This document shows, piece by piece, positions 30,907 to 41,289 of a stretch of DNA of 64,000 nt (within the stretch, counting starts at the first letter, position 1; each line of letters opens with the position of its first letter). Position numbers and translations under genes: made by a program. This DNA is from an uncultured Methanoregulaceae archaeon (GTDB lineage: Archaea > Halobacteriota > Methanomicrobia > Methanomicrobiales > Methanospirillaceae): positions 768,001-832,000 of the forward strand of contig OY969564.1 in NCBI GenBank assembly GCA_963701095.1. The letters are read 5' to 3'. A model generated the notes under the pieces. That model worked only from the letters and a program-made list of their open reading frames with translations, had not been told where the DNA came from and did not search any database.

Positions 30907-31184
30907 CAAAAAAGCACTATGCCTCCCTTATAATCTTCGATAAATACATCTCCCCATTTATTGAAGAAAAAAAGTTTACTTCCCGTTCTTCCGGTACAGG
31001 AAAATCGCACCGCCCAAGGGGATTCTGTCAAGTTGTCAGTAGGTCTGAAATTTTTTACTTCGATGAAAAGTCACAAGCTGCCGAAGACTTGACAGAACCC
31101 AATGTGTTAACAAATCATTAAAGAAAAGTGTCATATTCGATAGATATATATATAAATGACAAATATTAACGATAGCTGATTTTA

Positions 31185-32174
31185 ATGAGCGACAATGATA
31201 CTAATGGTGGATTAATTCCTCCCGGCAGCGTTGAAGGGAACGCAGTGCAAGCCCTGCTCAATATCCTGAACAGTGCCACTTCACCGGAAATCCTGCAAGC
31301 TCAGGCAATTATGCTGCGGCGATTGGCCCTGGATGGCGATGTGGTCGCCTCGCGCATTCCGGCTCCACTGAACATTACGGAGATCGGCGGTTACATCAAC
31401 TTGGTCACGACCTTGGGAATGAATGACACCCGCACGCAGATGATCGCCAGCGTTCTGGGTGTTGCCGGTCCGAGCCAAGCATTGGGCTGGCTGCCGTCCC
31501 AGCCGACTCTGAGCTGGATCTCTATGCCCAACGACCGCCCCAGTGGACCGCTCCAGGGGACTCTTCCGGTCTCCTTTAGCATCCGGAGCGATTTCGAGCC
31601 TTCGATCTCACTTGCGCTCCAGGGAATACATGACCGCGGTTGTGCATTACCAATTCTTGCACCCACGCCCGCCCTTCCACCCTCGGGCTCCCCGCCTCCC
31701 ACGGATTTGTTGCCCCTGATCGGGCGCTCGCTCATGCTGGCGCCAACTATGGCGCTGGTGAACCCGGATTCGGATCCCCTCGCAGTGGCCCAGCTTCCGG
31801 GAGGCATTTGGCAGGTGGTATGCCGATGTTTGAGTGCCGGCCCTATAGGAGTTAATCCGGCAAATTGGTCGGCACTCGTAGGCAACTCAACCTCCTGCAC
31901 GGTATCCCCAGCGCCTGCTACGGGACGGCAGTACGTTCCTGTCGCCCCAATCTTGGCCAGTGCGGGTTTCGTACCAGCTTCTGTTGGCTACCAGCCCAAA
32001 TCGATAGCAGACTACACGTGGACCCGGTTCAACAACATCTCCGGCTTGGTCCCTGGAGTCACGACTTTCGGAAGCGAATTGACCCTTCTGTATTCCCCGT
32101 CAGTCATCGCCACTTCCAGCCTTGCTGGCATGGTAAGTTATCTGTGGAATGGAACGACTTTCGCAAGCCAATAG
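31185..32174 (+). CDS. Hypothetical protein, first gene of the GC-rich cargo cluster
   Basis: 329 aa; LRRLALDGDVVASRIPAPLNITEIGGY. Confidence 0.75.
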   Translation: MSDNDTNGGLIPPGSVEGNAVQALLNILNSATSPEILQAQAIMLRRLALDGDVVASRIPAPLNITEIGGYINLVTTLGMNDTRTQMIASVLGVAGPSQALGWLPSQPTLSWISMPNDRPSGPLQGTLPVSFSIRSDFEPSISLALQGIHDRGCALPILAPTPALPPSGSPPPTDLLPLIGRSLMLAPTMALVNPDSDPLAVAQLPGGIWQVVCRCLSAGPIGVNPANWSALVGNSTSCTVSPAPATGRQYVPVAPILASAGFVPASVGYQPKSIADYTWTRFNNISGLVPGVTTFGSELTLLYSPSVIATSSLAGMVSYLWNGTTFASQ

Positions 32175-32218
32175 GGGGCACGTTGCAATCAAGCCAGACT
32201 TCAAAAGGTGAAAACGAT

Positions 32219-33997
32219 ATGGCCTTATATCCTGGAGCACAATGGCGCGGCCCTGTTCCGAATCAGACTACTGATGGCATGACTGGTTATATGTTCGTGG
32301 TCTTGCACATCATGGAGGGCACCTTAAAGGGAACGGACGCGTGGTTTCATGACGCCACGTCAAAGGTTTCTGCACATTTCGGCGTTGGTAAGGATGGCAC
32401 AGTTTACCAGTGGGTGGACACCAGGGATGAAGCCTGGGCCCAAGCTGGTGGCAACCCCGTGGGCATTTCCATCCAACACGAGGGGTCAGTGCCTGATGGC
32501 TTGACTCCCCAGCAAATCGCCGCCGATGGTAAGCTGCTGGCATGGATCTTCAGCACTCATGGAACTCCATTACAGATCACCGATGACCCGGTTCAAGGCA
32601 CCGGCATCATCGGGCATTCCGACGGGGGCGCTGCCTGGGGTGGCGACTCGCTCTGTCCCGGCACAAACATCATGGGGCAGCGGCAGGCCATGATCGATGC
32701 GGCTGCGCCACAAGTGTCCGTTGTCTCCCCTTCCCTAGGTCTGCCGGGGGGCGGAACAGCGGTCACCGTCACAGGCACAGGCTTCACCGGTGCCACGAGC
32801 ATAGCTTTTGGAACGGCCGGCGCATCCAATATGGTCGTGGTTTCCGACTATGAGATCACCGCAGTGAGCCCTGCGGGAAGTGGTACGGTCGACGTACGCA
32901 TCACGGGTCCTACAGGAATGAGCCCTGTTACATTATCGGACAAGTTCATCTACAGCACCGGCACTCCAACCATTACCAGCGTAAGCCCGTCCTCGGGTGA
33001 TTTACACGGGGGAACAATCGTCGTCATAACCGGCAGTGGCTTGGCACTGGTCTCAGAGCTGACCTTCGGTTCGACCCCCTGCATCACCTTTAATGTCGAC
33101 AGCGACACCCAGATCACGGCTCTGACCCCACCCGGCACCGGATCCGTGATGCTCGGCTTCACTACTCCCACCGTATGTGGCACATCCGGAACGCTTACCT
33201 TTATCTATACTCCTTCCGTGGCACTACCGCAGATCACCTCGGTCACGCCAATCACCGGAAGCACGGACGGAGGTACTTCGGTTGTCATCACGGGAAGTGG
33301 CTTCACGGGAGTCGTGGCGCTCTCCTTCGGCGCGATTCCCGCGGGGAGCTTCATCATTAATAACGATACCCAGATCACCGCCACGAGCCCCGCGTCCGCG
33401 GCTGGCACCGTTGATCTGTCGGTCACGGGGCTATCTGGCACCTCCACGGCCAGTCAAATGGATCGCTTCACCTTCGAGCCCCCGCCACCTGCCGTCACTT
33501 CAGTCGCTCCTAACTCCGGACAGCAGGCCGGAGGTATAATTGTCACAGTCACCGGCAGCGGCTTCACTGGCGCGACATCGGTAGACTTCGGAGCAGTTGA
33601 TGCACCTGCTTTCACCGTGGCAACTGATAAGCTGATCACCGTCACGTCCCCCGCTGGCTCGGGGACAGTCGACGTCACGGTCATTGGTCCATCGGGTATA
33701 TCGGCAACCAGTGCCGTCGACCAGTTCACCTACATGGCTGCCCACTCAACGCCCGTCATCCAAAGCATCAACCCTGCAACAGGAAATGCGGGCACAAGCA
33801 TCGTGATCACCGGCAGCGGTTTTACGGGTGCGACAGAAGTGAATTTCGGGAGCATAGCTGCGACTTCCTTCACCGTGGATTCGGATGCGCAGATCACTGC
33901 CACCTGCCCCATCGGTGCCAGCACCGTTAATGTGACCGTAACCACGCCCTTCGGTCACTCCACGACCAACGTAGCGGACCTGTTCTCCTACGTATGA
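32219..33997 (+). CDS. N-acetylmuramoyl-L-alanine amidase (Amidase_2) + five IPT/TIG repeats
   Basis: VVLH, SAHFGVG, AWA, GISIQHEG, GHSD..CPG; repeated SP..G..GGT.V.ITGSGF; AAGGTGA RBS before ATG 32219. Confidence 0.85.
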   Translation: MALYPGAQWRGPVPNQTTDGMTGYMFVVLHIMEGTLKGTDAWFHDATSKVSAHFGVGKDGTVYQWVDTRDEAWAQAGGNPVGISIQHEGSVPDGLTPQQIAADGKLLAWIFSTHGTPLQITDDPVQGTGIIGHSDGGAAWGGDSLCPGTNIMGQRQAMIDAAAPQVSVVSPSLGLPGGGTAVTVTGTGFTGATSIAFGTAGASNMVVVSDYEITAVSPAGSGTVDVRITGPTGMSPVTLSDKFIYSTGTPTITSVSPSSGDLHGGTIVVITGSGLALVSELTFGSTPCITFNVDSDTQITALTPPGTGSVMLGFTTPTVCGTSGTLTFIYTPSVALPQITSVTPITGSTDGGTSVVITGSGFTGVVALSFGAIPAGSFIINNDTQITATSPASAAGTVDLSVTGLSGTSTASQMDRFTFEPPPPAVTSVAPNSGQQAGGIIVTVTGSGFTGATSVDFGAVDAPAFTVATDKLITVTSPAGSGTVDVTVIGPSGISATSAVDQFTYMAAHSTPVIQSINPATGNAGTSIVITGSGFTGATEVNFGSIAATSFTVDSDAQITATCPIGASTVNVTVTTPFGHSTTNVADLFSYV

Positions 33998-34052
33998 TCC
34001 CAGACGTATAACTGTGAAAAAAATAACAGGCAAATCAGATGGAAGTATTCTT

Positions 34053-37000
34053 ATGACGAAAAAAAATGAAAATGTAAATTTGTCCACCTCGTCGAACACA
34101 AGCTCGACTGCGGCTAGAGTTGTCCCTAAACTCAACCTACAGCGCATTCCGCTCACGGTTGATCCCCTTGGCCAGCAAGGTGCTTCCCTGGCGAGTACCT
34201 TGCAGCCCTTCCGAATCGCTGCCCAAAGCAAAATTTTCCTGGGGTTTAATCAGATTCAATCGAATCTCGGGAATATCATATCCCTCCTGGCCCAGCCGAC
34301 CATCCCAACCACCCTAACAGGAGTTCTGCTCCAACCGGACGGATCCCTTGCGGTCTCGGTGCAATTACAGTTCGATCCCCAGTCTTATGGCAGTAGCGCT
34401 CAACCTGTGACGACGATCACCGGCGGGCAGGGGGATTTCACCCTGAACGTTCCATCCGGCCTAGCCCTTCCTGCCAGTGGTATCGTACTCACCGCTCATG
34501 GGGCCAACAACAACGCGCAGGTTACGATCCAGGCTCCGCAGATCGCTGCCAATGGGGTGGTAGGTTCCATTTCCCTGCCTGTGCTGCTGCAGGCGCTGCC
34601 GGTTTCCATTCTGCAGTCTCTTCAAAACATCACATCTGGTCCGGGTGTACAGACATCCCCGGCGACTGTTCCCGACCCGGGAGTGTTGCCCACACTGAAG
34701 TTGGGGGAAGCCGGGACCAACGACCTGATCATTCGTGCATATCAGGGCGTTGACAAATATCCATACGGCGTATTCTTCCGCTTGGTCGAACCGCAATTAA
34801 GTATCGTCCAGCAGATCGATCGGGTCGTAGGGGCCAACAACAACTCGTTCTATCCCATGCCGGTGTACAACACCCAGACCGATACCGCCAGTTCCCAGAC
34901 AACGGACTACATCGACCGTATCCCCGTCGAGCAACCTCTGTCGGCAGATGGATTCCGGGAAAGCCTGATGGGTCTTGGCAGTGACGGCCTCTTCGTCGGG
35001 GATGAAACAGTGCCAATGGCCGGCACCCTTGGCCTCGGCTACGTGCTTTGGATGTCCCAACAATGGAATTATCGCGGCATCGGCCTTGGAAACCTGGTGT
35101 ATTCCCTGCCCCTGGCGCCGGGAGAACAGCAGCAGATCGCTGTCTTCGAGCGTGTAGACACAGCGGGGGTGTCAGAGAGCGAATCTCTGACCGACGAACA
35201 AACCCAAGAACAACAGGCGCTCGCTGACACATCCACGGCAGCGACCTTCAATTCTGCCTTCAACGAAGCTGCCAGCGGCGGCAGCGCCTTCGCTACTAAG
35301 TCGGATACCTCGAGCTCTGGCTTTAGCATCCTGATCGCGAGCGGCGGGGGCGGTAGCTCCAGCTCGAGCGGATCCAGTCAGCTCCTGGCTTCAGGGACAG
35401 CGAGACAGCGCGCAACAGGCCGCCGAAGCGACACACTCATCAGCAGAGAACCAAGCGTCAGCCCGTCGCACCGCAGCCCGCACCGGCATACGCTTGGCAA
35501 CCGCGAGCGAGAGCGAGTCCGTTACCACCCGAACGATCACCAACCACAATCATGGCCATGCTCTGACGCTCCAGTATTGGGAAGTACAGCGTCTCTACGA
35601 TGTGTCCACGGCTATTGACGGACTCACCCTGGTATGTTTGGTGCCGATGCAGATCGTCCGCTTCATGTCGCCCGGCCAGCCATTGACGATCACCGATCCT
35701 TCCATGGTGTCGTCCCGTACTGACGTACTGACGCGCTACAGCGAGATCATCAAGCATATTGATGTCCTGAAAGTGGCGCTTCCGCGCGTCTTCCAGCCCG
35801 GACTCAACCTGCTTCACCAATTCGCGGCAGATCCTACGGCTAATGTCGAATCCAGCGGCGGTGTGGCCGAGGATGTCATCAACTTTATCCTTACCGGAAC
35901 TTTCGTTCCCTGTGAGGATATTTCTATCACGGCAGTCACGGACAGAAATACCCGAGTCGGACCGGCTCAATTGAGCCCCCAGCAATCCAATTTTACCATT
36001 CCGGATGACACTTATGCGAGCCAGGATGGCCTGCTCGCAGGCCTCAGTATGCAGCGTGCGCAGTTGCCGGGAATGACCTTTACCGGAGCTCTTGCCCTGC
36101 CTCCCTCCTTGAACCGCGCCAACATCATAGGCTTCGAGATCAGCCGCAGCTTCCGCAGGGTAGACTATACACTGCTCTCCCCCGAACAGGCGGCTCTAAT
36201 GGCGCTCCAAAGCCAGTTCGACAGCTCGGGCACCAGTTGGATCAATTCAGCCATCCAGTACACGATGGGGACGGACACTGCCGCCAACGTTCGCAGCACG
36301 GTCCACATAAGTCCGAAGGATCTGGAGAATACTCTAGGCGGACCGATGCTGGTCTCGTTCTCAGCGACCATCGAGGAACTCAATGCGTCTGGCACCGGGA
36401 GCGAGACGTACGCCAATAATGCGCTTTTCGGCACTGTCCTCCCACAGCAGCCCTATCCGGTGCCGGCATTGCAGGTAGCACCGGTACTCAGATACAATGA
36501 GATCCTGACCATCGAGGCGATGGCACAGCATGTGGTGAGGAATACGATGAGGTATTCGAAAGCCGTCTGGGCCTCACTGACCAATGAAGAACGTGCAATC
36601 CTGCTTGATTTCTACACGATTGGAGTTCCTCCAGGAGGCGTGGAGGATGCCAGCCAAATGGTACCATTGCTGAACTGCGTGCAAAACAAAGTGCTTGGCT
36701 TCTTTGGCAATTCAATGATATTGCCTTTCATCATCCCCCAGATCGTGGCCGACACGATAAAAGGGGCCGACCAGACTAAGATTGATCCTGTAAAGATTCA
36801 GCAATCACTCCTCGCTTATCAGAAGGCGACCTTTGATCCTCCGCGATCGATGATCTCACTTCCGACCCAGGGTGTCTTGGGAGAGGCTGTGCTTGGCCAG
36901 TCCCCGTCAGCGGAGAAGATCGATCTGACCCGATTCTGGAACTGGCAGGACAGCCCCTCGGACAGTGCCCCACAGATCTCGCCCGTTACCCTGCCCACCA

Positions 37001-37584
37001 CGACCTCTTCCATCGCGGGGGGACTCACGGCTCCAAATTCGCTCGGCCAGCTTCCCAGCCTGATCAATAATGTCCTGACCGCTCCGACACCCAACACAAG
37101 CCTCCTACAGGCCATGGGGCAGGCAGCAGCGAGCCAGCAGGACTTCAGTTCCTCGTTGACCGGCCAGGCGCAATTGGCCTCCTTGATGACCAACGCCCAG
37201 AACGTCTCGAACGCGGCCAGGGCCGATGCACTTAATACCACCAAGCAGCTGCAGTCCCAAGCCATGGCGACTGTCGGCAACATTGTCGGCGGCATGATGG
37301 GCGGCAACACGAACGCAGGTTCTTCCGCCGCTTCGGCAGCCATGGGTACGGGATCCGGCAGTTCCGGTACGTCATCGGGTACGGGATCCGGCAGTTCCGG
37401 TACGTCCGCGAATAAAAGTGGCAAGTCCTCGGGCACGAGCGCTAAAGGATCAGGATCGACTTCCCAAGGCTCAACAGCACCGCCCGCAGGAAGCTCTCAG
37501 TCCGGCGCCTCGAACCTGAACTCGGCCGGTTCCAGTCAGGCGAACTCCACTCCAAGCTCCGATCCCTCTGATCCGGGTTACTAG
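34053..37584 (+). CDS. Large (~1170 aa) hypothetical protein, frameshifted near 35378
   Basis: ORFs 34014-35618 and 35494-37584 join via SSWLQGQRDSAQQAAE; motifs YSLPLAPGE, NHNHGHALTLQYWEV, AEKIDLTRFWNWQDSP; G/S-rich tail with a 33-bp duplication. Confidence 0.7.
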
Positions 37585-37808
37585 TTTCATTCCTTCACTA
37601 ATTTTTAACGATAACTAAGACCGACCGTAAGATCTTAATCGTCGGTGGGCGCTGCATATGTCCAACAGACGGCAAATTGCCCGCCAAAGAAAGAATAATA
37701 TCCGAGCAGAAGATTGTTCCGAAATTGCAGCTGAAGCAATCAACCGGCACCTCACGATTTCCATCAACGGGAAACTAAACCAAAGACGCTTATCCGGACC
37801 ATCCGGGA

Positions 37809-37963
37809 TGGTGGCAGGTGCGGGCATGCCCGATATTTTCTGTTCCCCACTACAAACACACATTCCACCGGAAAAGCGAACGGAAGATAAGGCAGGATGT
37901 GGGCCGGCCGAGACTTCGCAAGATTGTTTAAAAGGATTGGGGATTGGGCTCTGTAGAAATCCT
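37809..37963 (+). pseudogene. Degenerate copy of the 3' end of ORF 30539-30874 (direct repeat copy 2)
   Basis: GWWQVRACPIF..RKSERK..DVGRPRLRKIV*; in-frame stop upstream at 37776. Confidence 0.7.
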
Positions 37964-38436
37964 AATGCTCCTTCATTCATTTGGCAATACAGAAAATTTT
38001 GATACTTTTGTTGGTTCTGAAAGGTCTTCGGGAGATAGATAACCCTTGGAAAATCTGTCAAAAATCGGTAGGTGGAAAAATCAGCGTTTCATTGAACGGT
38101 TGCTTAAAATCAGTGTTACGATTAGCACAATTATTGAAAGAGCTAAAATGTACAAATCATATTGATATAGTGTCTGATGAAGAGCGGTTCTTGCAATACT
38201 AATGAGCGTTATTACTATGATACCTGACCAAAACCCGATTATCACATTCCAGTTAACTTTCATCATACTCACGACCAACAATTGAATGTTGGACAATCGA
38301 CCTTATTATTTCTTCATTTTCATATCCTGTTTTCTGATCCACCATTTCCACAACATTTATGGTAACCCCCGTATGCACCGGGTCAACCGCATCCCCCGTC
38401 AACAGGTAAACACCGTACGAAAACTCATAGGGTATT

Positions 38437-38454
38437 AGTAAGATACATCTTACT
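38437..38454. promoter_or_regulatory. Palindromic operator upstream of the AbrB antitoxin
   Basis: AGTAAGAT-AC-ATCTTACT perfect inverted repeat just before the ATG. Confidence 0.65.
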
Positions 38455-38462
38455 GATCTGTC

Positions 38463-38729
38463 ATGGATGTTGCAATAACAAGGATGAGTTCTAAAGGTCA
38501 GGTTGTCATCCCAGCTTCGATGCGAACCGATCTCCCCGAAGGAGAAAAGATCCTGATCATCAGGGAAGGAGCACGGATCATCCTCAAACCACTCAGCGAT
38601 ATTGAACCAGCGTTACGGGAAGATATCCTGTTTGCAGAAAAAACCGAAACTGCATTCGGGGAATATGCGAAAGGAAACTTCACGAAGAAAAAAGCAGGTG
38701 ACTTCATCAAAGAGATGGATTCATGGTAA
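38463..38729 (+). CDS. AbrB/MazE/SpoVT-family antitoxin
   Basis: MSSKGQVVIPASMR. Confidence 0.88.
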   Translation: MDVAITRMSSKGQVVIPASMRTDLPEGEKILIIREGARIILKPLSDIEPALREDILFAEKTETAFGEYAKGNFTKKKAGDFIKEMDSW

Positions 38730-38775
38730 CGGTTGCTTACCACCCGCACTTTGAAAAGACAATCCGGAAGATCAG
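38723..38775 (+). pseudogene. Truncated RelE/ParE-like toxin start
   Basis: MVTVAYHPHFEKTIRKI overlaps the antitoxin stop, then becomes unrecognisable. Confidence 0.5.
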
Positions 38776-38890
38776 TGTTGCCCGAATCAGCCTGAAAACA
38801 GGGATCCTGGCGGGTAAAAGAAGAGGGAATGATAGAGGGAAGAAATGATCCTCGTTAGAAAGAGATAAAAACTATTAAGCAAACGTTGGG

Positions 38891-39217
38891 ATGGTGATGA
38901 CTTGCCATTCTATGCCCTATTATTCAAAGGCGGTTTGCGGCATTCAGAGCTTTCGAAGGAATACTCTGATCGGTTTGTCGCATGGGCCAAGAAAGTCAGC
39001 TTCAAGCAGTGTTCCAGGAAGCAGATTCATGCAAGAGGGAAGGCTCGTCTCTACAAATGGGGTAACGAACCTGAAATTTGATAAGGACACCATAGGGGGT
39101 TACATAACGGTAGAATCAGAAAGTTACGAAAAAGCAGTTGCAATAGCAAAGCAATGCCCGATATTAGAGAATAACGGATATGTTGAGGTCAGGGAGATAA
39201 TTAAGCCGGACTCCTAA
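38891..39217 (+). CDS. YciI/DGPF-like protein, probably frameshifted near 38998
   Basis: IGGYITVESES.EKAVAIAKQCP..VEVREI. Confidence 0.65.
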   Translation: MVMTCHSMPYYSKAVCGIQSFRRNTLIGLSHGPRKSASSSVPGSRFMQEGRLVSTNGVTNLKFDKDTIGGYITVESESYEKAVAIAKQCPILENNGYVEVREIIKPDS

Positions 39218-39456
39218 ACTCTACCCATTAAATATCTTTTCAATGCCTGCATAATCTTTTTTACCTTTATAATTTTTGAATCATAATCCCGTCTCCGGAT
39301 GCCGGAGATACCCCTGCCCGGTTCGCTTCACTCGTATGCCGTAGCTGCCCTGCTCTCTAAAGGCCCTCTTTTCACCACAAATACGGTCTCCAAAAACCAG
39401 CACCGAAAAATAACGAACAGGAATCGCATGTCGTTTACGTATGCCGGGAGATCTTC

Positions 39457-39921
39457 TTGACCAAAAAGAAACCCGCCCGGAAAAAGAAGAAAATGGGAGG
39501 GCAATCCGTTTACGAACCCGATTTTCACCCGGTAAAGGCAGGAGAACTTGCCCTGATGGGATTAACCGATGCGCAGATGGCAGCTGTCTTTGGCATAGGT
39601 GAAACTACCCTGAACCGATGGAAAAAACGCTATCCCGATTTTCTTGCATCCCTTAAAGGAGGAAAAGAGCAGGCGGACGCTCCGGTAGTCAAATCCCTGT
39701 ACCAACGGGCACTTGGTTATACCCTCATTGAAAAGAAGATGATCCTGAATCCCGACGGCAGCACCCGTAAAGAGGTCACGGAAAAAGAAATTGCACCGGA
39801 TGTAATCGCGTGTATGTTCTGGCTCAAGAACCGGCAGTCCAAGGACTGGCGAGACAAGCACGACGTTTCGCATACCGGGGATATCATCCTGCACTTTGAC
39901 CGGGAGGATGAGGGCCGGTGA
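39457..39921 (+). CDS. terS: Terminase small subunit
   Basis: HTH GLTDAQMAAVFGI..TLNRW, SLYQRALGY, FWLKNR..WRDK; directly upstream of TerL. Confidence 0.88.
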   Translation: MTKKKPARKKKKMGGQSVYEPDFHPVKAGELALMGLTDAQMAAVFGIGETTLNRWKKRYPDFLASLKGGKEQADAPVVKSLYQRALGYTLIEKKMILNPDGSTRKEVTEKEIAPDVIACMFWLKNRQSKDWRDKHDVSHTGDIILHFDREDEGR

Positions 39922-41276
39922 CCCTTCCCAAAACGCCGGACCAGAAAAAGGCGCTGGCGTTACTCAACGGCCCGTACAAGTGGGTCCTCCTGCATGGCGG
40001 CAGCCGGTCGGGGAAGACGTTTATTATCGTGCGGCAGATCATCATCCGGGCGCTCGAATCCCCGGGATTCCGGCATGTCATTTTCCGGCTCAGGTTCAAC
40101 CATATCAAGCAGTCCATTTTCATGGAAACGCTGCCGGAACTGTTCAAGAAAGATCCGCAGTTAGCATTGATCCGGGACAAGGTCGTATGGAACCGGTCGG
40201 ACTATTTTATCACCCTGCCAAACGGTTCCGAGATATGGATGGGCGGCCTGGACGATAAAGAACGCACCGAGAAGGTGCTCGGCAAAGAATACGCCACGAT
40301 CTACTTCAACGAAAGCAGCCAGATCCCGTACTCGTCCGTCACTATTGCCCAGACCCGGTTAGCCCAGAACGTACCGAAGATTGCGAACAAGTTCTATTTT
40401 GACTGCAACCCGCCGACAAAAAGCCACTGGCTGTACTCGCTTTTCTTTCTGGGTATCGACCCCGAGACGAAAACAGCCCTCGCCCGGCCTGACCTGTACG
40501 CAGAACAGCGGATGAACCCCGACGGCAACCGGGCAAACCTTCCCGCCGATTATATCGAAACCGTCCTGAACGCTTTGCCGGAGAGAAAACGGAAGCGGTT
40601 CCGGGATGGCGAATGGCTGGAGGATGTCGAAGGCGCCCTCTGGAAACGTGAGATCATTGATGCCGCCCGGGTGGTCCGGATACCGTCTGACCTGACCTAT
40701 GTTGATGTGAGCGTCGACCCCGCCGTTACGGCTAAACCGGGCAGCAACAGTACCGGGATTATTGTTACCGCCGTTGATTCCCGCGGCCATTATTATGTGT
40801 TAGCTGACCGCACCCAGGAACGGGCTTCACCGAAGATCTGGGGGACGGCTGCGGTTACTGCCTATAACGAGTTCGCTGCCGATGCGATGATCGGCGAAGT
40901 CAACAACGGCGGGGATCTGGTTGAGAGGAATATCAAGGTTATCGATCCCCGGATCAATTTCCGGGCGGTCCATGCCACCCGGGGTAAGATCCTCCGGGCG
41001 GAACCTGTCGCCGCACTCTACGAGAAAGGCATCGTGCACCATGTCGGCGAGTTTCCGGAACTGGAGGAGCAGATGTGCAGTTTTGCGCCGCTGATCCAGC
41101 ACGAACAGGACTCGCCGGACAGGCTGGACGCGCTGGTCTGGGGAATAACCGACCTGATCGAGAAGGCAAAGCCGGGGATGAAGATTCCGTTGTCGATGCT
41201 TTCCGGCGGAACCTACGGCCGACCAGATTGTGACAACAAGTTCTACGGCAGGGACCGTTCGGAATTCGGCCTCTGA
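39918..41276 (+). CDS. terL: Terminase large subunit
   Basis: GGSRSGKT Walker A, YFNE Walker B, DCNP, VDPA, EVNNGG, SPDRLDA nuclease motifs. Confidence 0.93.
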   Translation: MTLPKTPDQKKALALLNGPYKWVLLHGGSRSGKTFIIVRQIIIRALESPGFRHVIFRLRFNHIKQSIFMETLPELFKKDPQLALIRDKVVWNRSDYFITLPNGSEIWMGGLDDKERTEKVLGKEYATIYFNESSQIPYSSVTIAQTRLAQNVPKIANKFYFDCNPPTKSHWLYSLFFLGIDPETKTALARPDLYAEQRMNPDGNRANLPADYIETVLNALPERKRKRFRDGEWLEDVEGALWKREIIDAARVVRIPSDLTYVDVSVDPAVTAKPGSNSTGIIVTAVDSRGHYYVLADRTQERASPKIWGTAAVTAYNEFAADAMIGEVNNGGDLVERNIKVIDPRINFRAVHATRGKILRAEPVAALYEKGIVHHVGEFPELEEQMCSFAPLIQHEQDSPDRLDALVWGITDLIEKAKPGMKIPLSMLSGGTYGRPDCDNKFYGRDRSEFGL

Positions 41277-41289
41277 TTGAGGATTCACT

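Noticed and set aside
31865..32218. N-terminal extension of the amidase ORF
   Set aside because: Overlaps the upstream gene; RBS and domain boundary support ATG 32219
32219..33997. Viral endolysin
   Set aside because: The inferred host lacks murein; the gene lies in a repeat-bounded foreign block rather than a lysis cassette
30752..37963. 155-bp repeat pair as a DGR TR/VR
   Set aside because: Mismatches involve all four bases rather than only A, and the pair is far from the RT
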